64,000 nt of DNA from Blasia pusilla (lineage: Eukaryota). The stretch lies in assembly GCA_050084515.1 (NCBI GenBank), contig CM114271.1, forward strand, positions 44,950,001 to 45,014,000, written 5' to 3'. The notes under the pieces were generated by a model. The model was given only the letters and a program-made list of their open reading frames with translations. It was not told the origin of the DNA and made no database searches. The position numbers were made by a program, and so were the translations under genes. This document shows, piece after piece, positions 14,600 through 29,856 of this stretch. Each line of letters starts with the position of its first letter. The first letter of the stretch is position 1.

Positions 14600-15900
14600 C
14601 AAAAATTTAGAATTTTTCCTTAATTCATATTTGATGGAAAGGGAAAATAAATTTTAATGGAGAAGGAGTACATTTGGTTTAAATTTTATGAAAGGATAAA
14701 ATTCCTTACGGGATAGGATATCATTTAAATTTGAATGGAGGATTGTAATTACTTAGAAGAGTGAAATGTTATTACTCTTCTAAGATTTTAGAAAATAGAA
14801 ACTATAATTAAATTTTGAAATGAACAGATTAGGCAACATGGGTAGATGGGTAGAAATTGTTTTTCGACCTTATGAGATGTGTGGAAAAATGAAATTGAAT
14901 GAAACCAATATGCGACCCCTTTTCAAGATTTTGAGTTTTATAATGGAATAACACAAACACAATGGAACAACCGTGTTTGGATTGGTGGGGACAGTCTTAT
15001 TCGGATTCGTACTAACACCTGAGTAGGGATAGAACACATGTTTGGAAGAAACACTAATATGGAGATATGGCTATTCAATTTTGTTCGTATTAATGAGAGA
15101 ATTAATTGTTAGCACAGATACTAACATCTTACCATTCAAAATTCTCATCCTAAGGTCGAGAAAGTGCAAAGTAACTTGCATTCTGCAAGCTCTGCTCGTG
15201 GAGTCGACTTCTTGTAGGGGTCGTAATAAAAAATACTTATTACAATTATAAAATTATAAAATAAATAATAATTTATGTTATAATGGATCATCAAAAGTGT
15301 ATATAATAAAGAAAAATTAATGAAATAAAAGTACTAGAAGACAAATTTTTTATTCTTCAACTTATATTTGTTGGGAAGGGAAAATATATTTTAATGGAAA
15401 TAGAGTGGATATTTTCTAAATTTTATTGAAGGGTAGAATTTTTTAGGGGAGTGGAATATCATTTAAATTCTAAGGGAGGAGTGGAATTACTTAGAAGATC
15501 CGAATGTTATTATTCTTATGAGATTTAAGAAAATAAAAATAATATTTAAATTTTGAAATGAAAAGTATGCTTTTCTTAGAAATAAGAAATTTAATTCCTA
15601 TTTCATATTTTGGGAAAGTAAAATGAATTTTAAAGCAAAAACGGGAATTTTTTAGTTAATTTAAATTAGCTTAGAATTTGATTAGTGGATGTTATTTTGG
15701 AAGGAAATTTGGAAAGGGAAGGGTAGAAATGGGAGGAATTTGCTTAAGGCCCCCCCTAACGAATTAACGTAACCTTGCCGACCCCATGAAATTGTTTCAA
15801 CTTAATGGAAATGATCATGGAGGAGTGAAATTGTTTTACAAGAGTTGGATATTATTTAAAAGTGAAATAATATCACTCTTTTAAGATTTACAAAATTGGA
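14600..15900 (+). repeat. AT-rich ~200-bp repeat family, locally repeated
   Basis: 14625-14825 and 15362-15560 align (GGGAAAATA..TTTTAATGGA..ATATCATTTAAATT..AATTACTTAGAAGA..AATGTTATTA). Related pieces occur at ~15800-15900, ~8760-8980 and, reversed, ~4730-4930. Confidence 0.6.
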
Positions 15901-16479
15901 AATTATATTAAAATTTTAATAAATTTTTTTTCTAAATTAAAAAAAATCATTTTCGGACACAAGTTAGCATGCTAATTAAAAAGATCAACTAGTTGAGAGA
16001 ACCATAATCTTACCATGGTTCTTTCGTTTGGAAAACAAAAAACCGTCTAGGATTGGATGATGTCTATGCGCCCCTCCTTGTACTTCTGACGAAAACATAT
16101 ACGATCATTCATCAAACGATCGACTATGCAAGTTCAGTTTGAGGAAATGATTTTCCGCCACGTATTGGGGGAACAAAACATGATGATCACACTCGTCCAC
16201 CAATCATGGGATTGCACGACACGTGGACGTACGGGTGTCGATTTTCCACGGCGGACTCCATGGCAAAAAGATTTCGCGGGCACCCTTGACTCCGGTTGGC
16301 GTCCACAGGACAAGAACGAGGAGGATTCGCCAGGAGTTGCTGTGTGGACACGTTTCAATCAAATAGCGTTGCGAAGCAGAAACTGCGAAAAAGAATGTGG
16401 TGGAGAACCTGACGACGTCGACAGGGGACTATGAAAACCCAGGGAAAGTAAACGAGAACGAAATAGCTGAATAAAGGTG

Positions 16480-18500
16480 CAATAAGCAGAAATGATGCAC
16501 TTCGATAAAAACGTGTGATGGAAAACCCATCGGAAGTACAAAAGAGGGGACTCAAAGAGTCGAAACCTGAAGGCCACAACAAGGCAATAAGAGAAGAGAA
16601 GAATGGTGGCAGAGTCTTGTAGGCATATTCGTGGAGCCGACCGAAGACATTAATCTTTGGAGATATTTCCCGAAGATCGCAAAGCTATCCCCTCGATCAA
16701 AAAGCGTTCAGTCTCATCACCTGAGGATATGAATGACTCCGATAGAGGCGACGCCTGTGTCATAATGTCCTTTGTATGTACATCGTCATCAAGATATGGT
16801 GATACAACTGCGACTGCGTTGGGCTGCGCCGCTGCTGACCACTAAATGGAGGGAATGAGGAAAATACAACGGAGCCAATAGAAAGCTGCCGGAGTACGGG
16901 TGCAGTCACTAGCACAGTTCCAGGCGGATACGCCGCTCAATGCCTGCCAGGATCTCAGATTTCATGTTCGAGGTATCAATTCTATATGGGGCACTGTCAT
17001 TATCCTGCTTGATTAGTGTCGTGTGAACGACGTCCACTCGGGTAGTTTCAACGCACAAACGGTGTGCCTACATTTTCACTACGTGTCGCCTCCAACTCGC
17101 AAGACAATTCAAGGCGAGCGAAGCCTTTCCAAGAATCACCTTCGAGCAACGAGCTGACCAGTCAGATTGTAGGCGTTCGTCGACTGAACTTCCTCGCTCG
17201 AATCCTCCTAAAGCCGCTAGTGTGATTAGTCTAGCAACGTGACAACATGGGGTCCAGTCACTACGCCCGATCGTCTTTCCGGTCCACTCGCCATCGTGGA
17301 GTGCTACGAGGGGGAAGAAGGAAACATGAACCCGATGGACCGTAAACTTTTCCACCCATTGCGTGGGTGGAATCTGGCACGGAAAGGTTTGAATCGAACT
17401 TGGAGGGAATCCTCCCCTCCGTCCACAGCGCTTTACCCGCTAGAAGATATCGTGAGCTCTTCGCCATAGGCTTCGTTTGCATGTGGAAATTGCCGATCAC
17501 CCAACTCAACTACAGGAAGGACTGCTAAAACGGCCAACACTCCACTTGTCATCGGTAGACTGCCAAACCCGTGAGGGATTTCGAATTGATGGATGCCAAC
17601 ATCGAAGCGGCGTTCGGTCGAGTAGCGAGACACATGGCTCGTAGGGGATCCTCTATTCCGTTGCATAGGGACAACATAAAATCTGGGCTGATACGCTTAA
17701 CCGCACACATGTCCTTAATGGACCTTCCTTGCCGCTGTAAAGAGAACGTCCCGAGTGAGATTTTTCTCATTGGAGAGACACATGTCCACTAGCGGCCCTT
17801 CCTATTGCTTTGACGGTATTCGAAGTGACAGCAACAATGCGAAGGTATGGAGTGAGACTATCGAGAAGTCAAGCGTAACAAAGCGCTTCTCCATGTGTCC
17901 GGCCCCTGACCAAGCCATCGGCTCTTTTACCACATGGGACTGTCACCACGTCTCCGTTCCTCGCCTCCTCTGTGCTTCCCTGACCTCACCGGTGTTCGTT
18001 GGATCATTGCTGTTGGAGTTCGGGCGAGCGTTTGGACGTTTCTTGTCAAATAAGGTGAGTACACCAGACCGCTTGCCAAGTACAGTACAAGCGGGTCGGG
18101 GGCCACACGTTTCTGGAGAGATTCTCGACGCCAAGCTTGGATTGTCTTGGAAAAGCAACGGCCGTAACCGAGTGGTCGACCTTGGCTCCCGAGCTTCGAG
18201 CCTCTCGGATACAGATTCCCGAGTCCCGAACCGTAAAGTAATGGGTGAGAATCCGCCTTTTCATACCAGCCTCGAGGTTTCTGGAAATCTGGAGCCACAT
18301 ATTCTTTTCCCCGCAATACTAAAACCGCGAAAAAAAGAGGAGCACATACTCCCTGCCCGTCCCGATAGGGTTCGATATTTCTGAGCCAGTCATAAAATCG
18401 ATGATCAGGATTCCGCCGGCTTGAAGCTCAGATCCGACCAGCGCGTCTGGATTTTAGCGGTACCTCCGCATTTGGACTGACTGTGAGTCAAACGCGCCAT
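16480..18500 (-). mobile_element. Copy D: ~2-kb GC-rich element with a degenerate L1 ORF1-like coding remnant and the conserved tail; no RT seen
   Basis: Tail at 16494-16590. The minus strand has an ATG at ~18500, a DALVG..RRNPDHRFYDWLR segment and a decayed zinc-knuckle-like FSLQRQGRSIKDMC (~17705-17750). The ORF1 similarity is weak. Confidence 0.5.
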
Positions 18501-18536
18501 GGCACTGCAGTGCACCACATACTCCGCAGGGCTTGG

Positions 18537-18836
18537 CTAGTTCGTTTACGCTCGTCGGTTTTTTACCGACGGGAAACACTACCGGTTGGTTATTTTTTAA
18601 TTTCCATTATAATGTTTGTTTCCGGGATTAGATTTTCTAATCTTTGATAAATCGCAGGGGAAATAAATAAATGTTTGAAGAAGTATGTGAAGGGAAGGGA
18701 TTAATCAAGTTCCATACAAATTCAAACTTTTTTTTATGCCGATACGAGGAGAAACATTTTCTTACTGCCTAGTTGCAACGTGTCAAGTAGAGGGGTGTTT
18801 GCAAATCAAGAAGACACTCTTCCATAATAATATAGA
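18537..18836 (-). mobile_element. Non-autonomous mini-Helitron (300 bp)
   Basis: Minus strand starts A|TCTATATTATTATGG. It ends with the hairpin CGTCGGT-AAAAA-ACCGACG 12 nt before CTAG, but the base after CTAG is C rather than the usual T. Confidence 0.65.
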
Positions 18837-19639
18837 TAAGAGGAAATTTCCAAATTCTCTCGACATGATTTACAAAGGACTAGTAAAACTAAGTATGTAT
18901 CTTTCATGCCGTTCTATCCCACATCACCATTAAACAAAATCCAAAGGTAATCCAAAAATTCTTATAGTAGCTGAGCCACATATCTCGGAGGCTCCCATAT
19001 CTCTACTCCATATGTCATCTCACTTTACTTTGAGATGGTAGTGCGTAAATTCCAATTTTAAATAGAAATTTGCATGTATGTTAGAGGAGGTCTAATCTTG
19101 AAGAAACAAACCTCATGCGCACACGAAATCCATTCTAATCTGGAAAATGTGAACTTTAATTTTTTGAAAGGGACCTTCTTTTTCAAGAAGATTTCACTTC
19201 TTTGGAAAGTGAAAATACCCCAAAAAGTAAACCCTTTTCTCGTATGAGAGTATTCAATCCCTATATTTGGTGGATAGTAAGCTTTTGTCAAAAACTTCCA
19301 AGGAAAATAGAAGATTTTCTTGAGTAGGGACAATATGCTTAGTACCATGGTTCATGGAGAATTGATGGGAAAGTTAGGGATGGCCCCGAGCCTAGTCACC
19401 ACGAATTAAACAAGCACATTGAATGAAAGATGATTATGAGAATGAATTGGCGTGTGGAAAGGATTTTGCTCATCAGGAATTAACTTGTATCACACGTATA
19501 CACATCGTTACATAACATTCATCATTTTCACCATCCATACACTCCTAAAACTAGATACCATTCTAAATCATGAAATCCAAATATACAACCAATCATATAA
19601 CAGAAAAGTCTCCAATAGTATTTAACATCAAATCATATG

Positions 19640-19965
19640 CTCATATTCCATAGTTCTCTCTCATGTCAAACCAAACCCAATCTCATAATGAGAGGCTTGA
19701 GTTATTGAAAAGGTAAGGAGCATTTTAGTGTTGGTTCGTCAAGAATGAAGATTTAAAAAATAGATAATGATCTCTCCAAGCTTTGTCTTAGATATACCCT
19801 ATCTCCCTTCCCCAAGCTCTTTTTCCGATTTACATAGGTGATCCTTGTACCTCTTGACTTGAAATAATAGGGGGGTACTTTGCAAAACATGAAGTAAACT
19901 AAGCTAGAAATAGAGAGCTTACTCAAAATAGTAAGTTGCTTATAATAGTTCCAAATGAGCATAAT
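19640..19965. repeat. Dispersed repeat homologous to 53455-53770 (possible LTR remnant)
   Basis: Shares collinear blocks ATGTCAAACCAAACCCA.TCT..TAATGAGAGGCTTG, TCCCAAG, CTCTTGAC and TACTCAAAAT.GTA with the 53-kb copy. Confidence 0.65.
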
Positions 19966-20933
19966 ATATGGATAACCTACACACTTAGATTACCCTCCCG
20001 TCATTGAGTCGCCTCAACATAGAGGCACGCGATGTCCGACCTCCCTACATACGCCAAGTAGATACCCTTCTGTCCACTACAAAAGAGGTAACACCCTACT
20101 AAGAACTATATTGGCTACAATATATTTATGACAATTTTAAGAATTAGTATAACTATTGTAGCTTTCTTAGTTAGGATAGATGTGGCATCTACCCTAACTT
20201 AGGGTGACGGTATGCCCTTTGTGTGACTCAACACTTGGGACATACGAGTACTTCTTTGACTCTATCTTGCGAGACTCATATAGAGTTGAGTCTCGCCGCT
20301 GACTTTTTTTTTGTAAATGTACATAATATTTTCCTCTCGTAATGTGGGATGTCTTCATGCGTCTAGCTAAGAGGAGAATATAATTAAAAAGGAAATCTCA
20401 AAATGTAATGATGTGATGTTTCTCTCTCCTATGAAATTCTAATTATTTTTTAATCAGGAAATTTGTAGTTATTATTCTAAAAATACGAATGAGATGCCGA
20501 TGGAAAATTATCACAATTTTCTAACCCAATAGGAAAGAAACGATGAAATTTTCGGATAGTAACCTTAGTGGGGAAGCCCAGGCGACATAAGTAGGAGCCT
20601 TGTATGGAAATGGAATACCTGTTTTGCAAAATCAAATAAGCGCGTCGAAAATCGGGAAAGTAAGGCACTTGGACACCTGGAGCCTATATTTGCCGTTCCT
20701 ATGAGTTGTACATGGGAAATCTGACAGCGCTTCACCTTAGCGTATCTTGTTCATCTATTCAGGAATGAGAACCGGAACATTTCAAGCTTCCCGTCAAGGT
20801 GGTGTGGTCGCGCCAGCTGGTCGCTTGCGTTCCGTCGCGAAGGGTCCGACCCGAAAGTGGTGCCGTGCGGGAAACCGACTTTGCCCTGACGCTAACCCCG
20901 AAGCACGACGTGAGCGTGAACCCGTGACAAGGT

Positions 20934-21248
20934 GGAGACGGACACGGTTTCCTGAACGGGGTGAATCCCGGTGGTGGCGTTTATCCGGATCGGATGTGGT
21001 GGGGAGTCGCAGTCAAAGCAGCGCCGGGGCTTTGAACGACGTTATGAAGACCCTCACTCTGACCGTCGCTCTCTCGGTGGAGCAGTTCACGCCGAGGCGC
21101 GACGTCCGCGTGCACGCGTCACGAAGTTTGGAGACGGACATAGTTTCCTAATCCGGGTGAATTCAAGTCGCCAGGTTTATCCGGAGCGGATGTGGTGGGC
21201 CTTCGCAGGCAAATGACAGCCGGGGCTTTCAACGGCGTTCTGACGACC
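20934..21248 (+). repeat. Imperfect ~117-bp direct repeat upstream of BAM1 (20934-21051 and 21130-21248)
   Basis: Both copies read GGAGACGGACA..GTTTCCT..GGGTGAAT..GTTTATCCGGA.CGGATGTGGTGGG..TCGCAG.CAAA..GCCGGGGCTTT.AACG.CGTT.TGA.GACC. Confidence 0.8.
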
Positions 21249-22037
21249 GTGAATTTAGCGCTGTTGGTCTTACCGGCGCTCCCCTCTTCGTGGAGCGGCT
21301 CGCACCATGGAAATCATCATGTATGTATGTATGTATGGCATGACATGATCTGTGATGTGCCTCGAGTCGAGTCACCGGCGTGCTTCGTTTGCCTTTACCG
21401 GGCATTCTACAAAAAGCAGCGCTCCGGCCTGTCATTGAGCATTGCAATCCCACCCCCCACAGGACTCCTTCCACCTCTACCATTCAACCTTCCTGTCTTT
21501 CTTTCTTCGCAAGTAAGCGTGTCTCTGGAGGTCTGTGTCTCTTTCCCGTTCAGGTGTCGTTAAAACTCCTTCGAGAATTCTCTGTACCCGCATTGTTCAT
21601 CTTCGCTTGTGCTACATCCCCTTCGAGGACTGAGTAGCGTGTGCCGGCGCTCGTTCGGGCTCGATTATCGACTGCTTGAGTCGAGGAGGCTGTATATTAC
21701 ACCGACGAGGTCCATCCGGTTCCGATAGTTGGTTGCCACTGAGTCTAAGAGGTTTCCCCACCATTTATCTCTCTGAACAGCAATTGCTGTCTATTCATTC
21801 TTCGGAAACAGAGTGCTTCACTTGTGAATATTTGCACTTCATCATCCGATCTTCATTACATTCTTTCGAGGAGTTCTATTACTTTTGTAAATTCTTTCCA
21901 TTCAAAACCTCAGGTTCCGCCTAAGCATTCAGTGCCGATACTACCTTCATCTTCCCACCCTTGATTTGGGTTGTACAATAGCCTGTTCTCATCGTCGCAC
22001 AGCGGGCTCGGTCTATTTTTTTGGTTTGCGGTCCACC

Positions 22038-24389
<2,352 letters not shown>

Positions 24390-27300
24390 TCAATGCTATA
24401 CAGTAGCCGAATCACACGCGAGACCGTTAAACATATTATTTTGTTCCCTTCTCCAGTTGTGTATAGTAGTTGCGAAAAAAAGATATTAGACCATGTTCTC
24501 CTATAAGCTCGAAACTGAATTCTCTCCTAAAGATTAGGAACCTGTCGTGTCGTACAGGAGGAGCTTCAACGTCAATCTTGTAGATATGTCATCTTAGGTA
24601 GGATGGTGCCGGTCGGCAAATGTACAAAGAGAATGGCATTGATCTTACAATTCCAGAAACTTTTGATGAACATGTTATGCGCCAATGGTAGTGCATAATT
24701 TGCATTGAACATTCAAAGCGACTTTTGAAAGTCATTGTAGAGCAAATTATTATCAAATTCAGAATTTGTGAGACGCGGCTTAGGACTTCACTATACCTAA
24801 TCAGCTTAAGGGAGGCAGGACGGCACGGACGCTGTGACCAATTCAGTACTTTGTAAATCTTTTCTACGTAACAAATTAAAAATTGAGAAATGGTCACTGC
24901 TGAGAACTCTGATCCAATTGCAAATCATTAAAAGTGGTACTTTGTAATGAGAGAAAAGAGAAGAATAGTGTAAAGAGCATTATCATAATCAATTCTGTAA
25001 AAATTACGAGAAAAGATGAAAAAAAGCTGATTGTAAATTACTATCAGGAAAAAAACGAATCATACAAATGCAAATTTGACTAATATATATTCAAAATTGA
25101 AATCAATTCTGTTAATCCCAAAATTAAAATACATACTACAAAAATGAAAAAAACATCCTTCAATATAATAAATAATTATTTTGAATATGAATTGAAATAT
25201 ATACTTACTCAATTTTGAACGATACAAATGGAAGAGTGTTGAACTATGATGTCTCACCTCCACCCGACGATGGAAAGAAAGTATATTAATCCTGCAGGTA
25301 GAAACTTCCTAACCTAAGCCATTTCCAAACCCCGATAGATCATCTCGCTAGCTCAGAGAAGTGTGTTCCACACTACATTCTAACACTAAGCTTTTGAGTT
25401 ATCAAGTAAAATTTGATGGCGTGTGATTGGCACAAGCAAAACTTGGTTTGCTTCAGAGACGTCCTTGCACATATGCGTAACAATTATTAGGGCATAAGGT
25501 AATTTATAGAAGGTCTATGAACGTTAGTTTACATCAACAGATTCACTTTTCATTACTTAGACCTGTAAGTAGAGTTGGAAATATACAGAGAAGCAATTTT
25601 CTTCGGGTTTTCCTAGTTATGGCATCCATTTAATAGTTGGAAATTGTGTCAAATTTGTTGACATAATTAAACCTGATTTGAAAGCTTTTCGTGACATGCC
25701 GATATCAAATCATTTGGTGCTGCTCGTCATTTTTAAAGATTACCTATCTTTAGATTCCTCTCATCGAAACGTCTGTTATCATCCATACTACTCGTAAAAT
25801 TACAAACCCCTCTCACACTTACAAACGATCGTCCACCAAAGATATCTTTAATTAAACAGAAAATGCGCACAACCTACTGCAACAAAGCAAGTAATGCTAC
25901 GAAAAAGTTACTTTAGAGAGCTTTTCATCCGGTGAAGTAATAATCACCATCCCTGCCATTATACCGCATATTATTTTCAAAAGTGTAATGGATATTATTG
26001 TAAGCTGGTTGCATAGATTATAGTTGGGCCCTTAGGTGGATCTATATGCCAAATTGCGAAATATTTCCACCTTCACTGCCATATGGAAGCCCTGGAAAGT
26101 CTAATGCTTTCCGATGCAGAGGTTTAAACTTCCTTTGATGTGGACTTTGCTGAGTCTGCTTCCCATGATCTGGCACCTTCACTGAAGAAGATGCCACCAT
26201 ATTCTCTTCAACCGACAGAATCCAACCCCATCCGCCAGGATTGTACTCAGTAACCCAGATTCTTCAAGAGTATCCTCAAGACTCAAACATGGAGCCTTGT
26301 AAGACATACGATACAAAACTCAGCAGATGGGTCCTCGTCAGTGGTAACTCCTTGCACCACATGGTCTCTGTTCGGATTCGGCTACTAGAGAAACAGATCT
26401 ACACTGGTCAAGGCTCATCCCAAGAGAACTGTCTCTTTTGCTGCTCAATATTTCAGTCTATCATCTACATAAACCTTTGGTACGACCTACACAACCAGAA
26501 TTCCACATGGAACAAAGTCCCTTTAAAACCAGTCCCTACCAGGGTGGGTGGGAGGCTTCAGTTTCCAGCCAAAACTTCATTTTGAGTTTACTCTTTCTTT
26601 AGAGTGTTTTGGGAATAGAGAGAAATCGAGGCCACCATCAACTTTGCCGCACAAGTAGGCCAATTTTTTGGCTCGAGTGAAGACCCAAGTCTAATGAGTT
26701 GGCACCATTTTGAGTCTGAACTACTGGATTGAAGAAGGTAACACTGGATTTCTTCACATAAAATACCAATGCCACGACCGATACCTCAAGCATATGGATT
26801 CTGTGGTGGAAGCCACCAACATGATCACAAGCTCCCCAAGCTTGATCCAACACCAATTTAGCTCACCAGCACCAACCTTCTCACAGAAACTGCCATTCTT
26901 CTCCAGCCTCCACCAACCACAAAAACACTGTTCTTTATAGGCTAATTTGGCTATCCATTTGCAACCGTCGTTGAGACTCAAAAGTGGAGTCCTGTGAAAC
27001 AAAAGAGAATGCTTAGGAATCAGTGCCAGGAAGATTAAGCTTCCCAAGAGGACATAACATTGCCACACACATGGAGAGAATTATTTTCAAGTTTACATTG
27101 CAATCATCAGGATGTAGTTGCGGTCTACATGCTGGAGGTAATCAAGGCATCTGCCGGCGGATGCGAAAGTAACTAACATTATCAGTCCGAGGAAGTAAGT
27201 ATGACATGGCTGTAGATGCATGTTATATCTTCTCTCAACTGTGTGCTGTCCAAGAGACACTTCACCATAGTAACTGGACGGTTCAGTTTGTGACACGCGA

Positions 27301-28399
27301 TCAAACTAAATGAACCAAAATTTTGCTATCCCAGTATGAACTATGCTTGATCCACCACGAATGTCCTGATCTGCGGAAAGAGATATATCTTCATATCCTC
27401 CGAGACTCATCAAAGAGAAGGCATGCATCACCTTTCCTAAATCTTGGTATCCAAAAATTGATGCGGGCATCTTACCACAGATTTTGGTGTGGGTGTCCTG
27501 TTTTCTTGCAAGTGTCCCAAAGGCCAAAGCTTCCCTGTGAGTCAAAACTTCCAATGAGATCTTGAGTGCTTTCCGAATTTGAAATGGTGGCTACCGATCA
27601 TGAAGTAGTGCAGTTGTAGACAAGTTTTAAAAAGAAATAGAAAAAGCAAAAGCAAAAGCAAAGAAGAACACATCAATCACCTCTACAACTGAATCGACCC
27701 AGCCACAGAGCTCTTACCTCATCCTTGTTGATGCCAAACACGGCCCAAAGAACTAAAACGCCTGCCGCACCAGTTTATCCACACTGCGAATCATCCAGAA
27801 GTTTCTTTGAGATGCAACCAGGCTCTGATGGAAGAGACACTCGATGCCATCCAAGCTCCTGCGATCTGTGAGGCAGAAAGAAGAGAACCAGACATTCATT
27901 GTCAACTAGACACAATATTGCCAACACATTTCTAGGTGAGAACCTGTACTGGATAAGCAGTGACTATCCTGGCCTTGTAGACAGATCATACTCATAAACT
28001 AGTGCTTGCAGTAACCTTGCGCCCTCATTGGTCGGTGCTAGCCTTGAAGGGGGAGAGAATGAACAAATACGTTTGTTGTCCGCGGGGGCCCTGCAGGCCC
28101 ATGGGACTAGAGGGTTTGGAACGGCCCTAGAGTAAGAAGTAACACAAGTACCCTACGTGAGGAGAGGGAAACTGTAATCAGCGGTGCCTGTACTAGCCTG
28201 GCGAGCATAGAGCTAGAGCACTGGTAGCAGGGAGAGAACTTACCGGCAAGAGTAATGCAGGAAATACCGGAGCACACTCCATGTCAAGCTACATTGCCGT
28301 GCCACCAATTACCTCCACTTTGGAATCTCACGAGAACACCAAATTGAATCCCTGCGAGGCAAAAGGATCACAGGAATTCCCGTAACCCCACCATCGTGA

Positions 28400-28765
28400 T
28401 AGGTATACATCCATTGTCGGTAACCAGTCCCGTTGACGGGAGCCCAACAATTTCTTATATGGGACCCGTGACCGCAATGTACACATCTATAGTAGGTACC
28501 CAGTTCCGCTAACGGGAATCCCAGCATATCATTATGTGGGGCGGGTGACTGTAATATGTTTCCATCAATCGTAGGCACCATACTACCCTGACGAATACCA
28601 GCGAATTTCTATATGGGACCGGTGACTGTAATATGTACACAACTATAGTAGGTACCCAGTTAGCCTGACGGGGATCCCTGCAAATTATTAGATGGGATCC
28701 CTGACTGGAATATCTATAACATCTGTCCCTGTTCAGCTGACGAGGAAACCCTGCAAATTACGTTG
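28400..28765. repeat. Degenerate tandem array, about 5 units of ~72-79 bp
   Basis: A recurring TGACGGG/TAACGGG/TGACGA anchor sits at ~28434, 28510, 28589, 28666 and 28738. ATGGGAC..GTGAC.G.AAT and TAGTAGGTACCCAGTT are also repeated. Confidence 0.8.
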
Positions 28766-28929
28766 GACCATAAAGAGGGACCCCAGAGCCCTTTTGCTGC
28801 GCTGGAACAAATTCCGTCTCACGAACACTTCCTTCACCTAAAGAACGGCACCTGCTTCGGACTCAATGGCCAGCCCATCAACCGTTCCGGCTCCAGCACA
28901 CGGCCTCTCTCTTATCTACTACAATGCAA

Positions 28930-29595
28930 GCAATCCTTCACCGCTTTCATGGGATTTTCTCTCCTTCAAATGGCGAACAACCAACCAGAAATCACCCCCT
29001 TCGTTCTCTCTGAAGACACTTTTCCTGCACACCATCATCATTCGATTGTGGAATACTTCCACCCTTCCAGCTTTTTGAACTCTGCCATCTTCACTTGAGA
29101 AGACCACAGCTGCGAGAGAGACTAATATCCCCCCTAGGGCACATTACCCTCTCCTGTACTATGCATTTAATCCTTCACCGTCTCCATGGGATTTCACTTC
29201 TTCAGACGGCAACCAAACAACCACAAATTATCACGCCCTTCGTCCGTTCTGAAGCCACTCTTCGTGTACACCATCAACATTCGATCGTAGCATATTTCAG
29301 CCCTTCAAGCTTCCCGAACTCTGCCATCATCGCTTGGGAAGACCACAGCTGCGACAGAGACTACTACCACCTCTACAGCACATTTAACTCCCTCATATCT
29401 ACTATGCATGTAATCCTCCAACGTTTCCATGGGATTTCACTTCTTCAAACGGCAACCAAACAGCCACAAACCACGCCCTTCGTCCGTTCTCAAGGCACTC
29501 TTCGTGTACACCATCACCACTCAATCGTGGAATATCTCCAACCTTCCAGCTTCCCGAACTGTGCCACCATCACTTGGGAAGACAACAATTGTGAT
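28930..29595 (+). repeat. Three tandem ~240-bp units, open as an ~80-aa repeat on the + strand
   Basis: Units begin ATCCTTCACCG/ATCCTCCAACG at ~28933, 29170 and 29413. They translate to H/MG.SLLQ..P..TPFV.S..HH.HSIV.Y..PSSF.N.A...WED. Unit 1 has TGA where the others have TGG. Confidence 0.85.
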
Positions 29596-29856
29596 ATGGT
29601 CATCAACCTTATCTCGAGCCACCACCGACTCGTTCGAGCTGAAGGCAACTCTTCTCAAGGTAACAACAACCAACATCACACTGCGCTTTGAAGCCCAAGT
29701 CTTCGGGCCATTCACACGTGTTCTTGGAACTCACACAAAAGTGACACATTGAAGTCTTGTTGACCCGAATAAAAGAGAACGGGTCCCAGGAAGGTTAGCC
29801 TTTCCAAGACGAAGAGAGATGGCTCACACAAATACACACATGAAGTATTTACAGCC

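Noticed and set aside
17755-18384. 209-aa + strand ORF as a gene
   Set aside because: It starts at a non-ATG codon, has no recognisable domain, and is antisense to the GC-rich repeat element.
26040-27600. Possible LINE or gene remnant
   Set aside because: The composition is coding-like, but no diagnostic motif could be recognised in any frame.
28733-28752. Hammerhead ribozyme core (CTGACGA..GAAAC)
   Set aside because: There is no stem II or matching stems I/III, and the motif is not conserved in the other array units.
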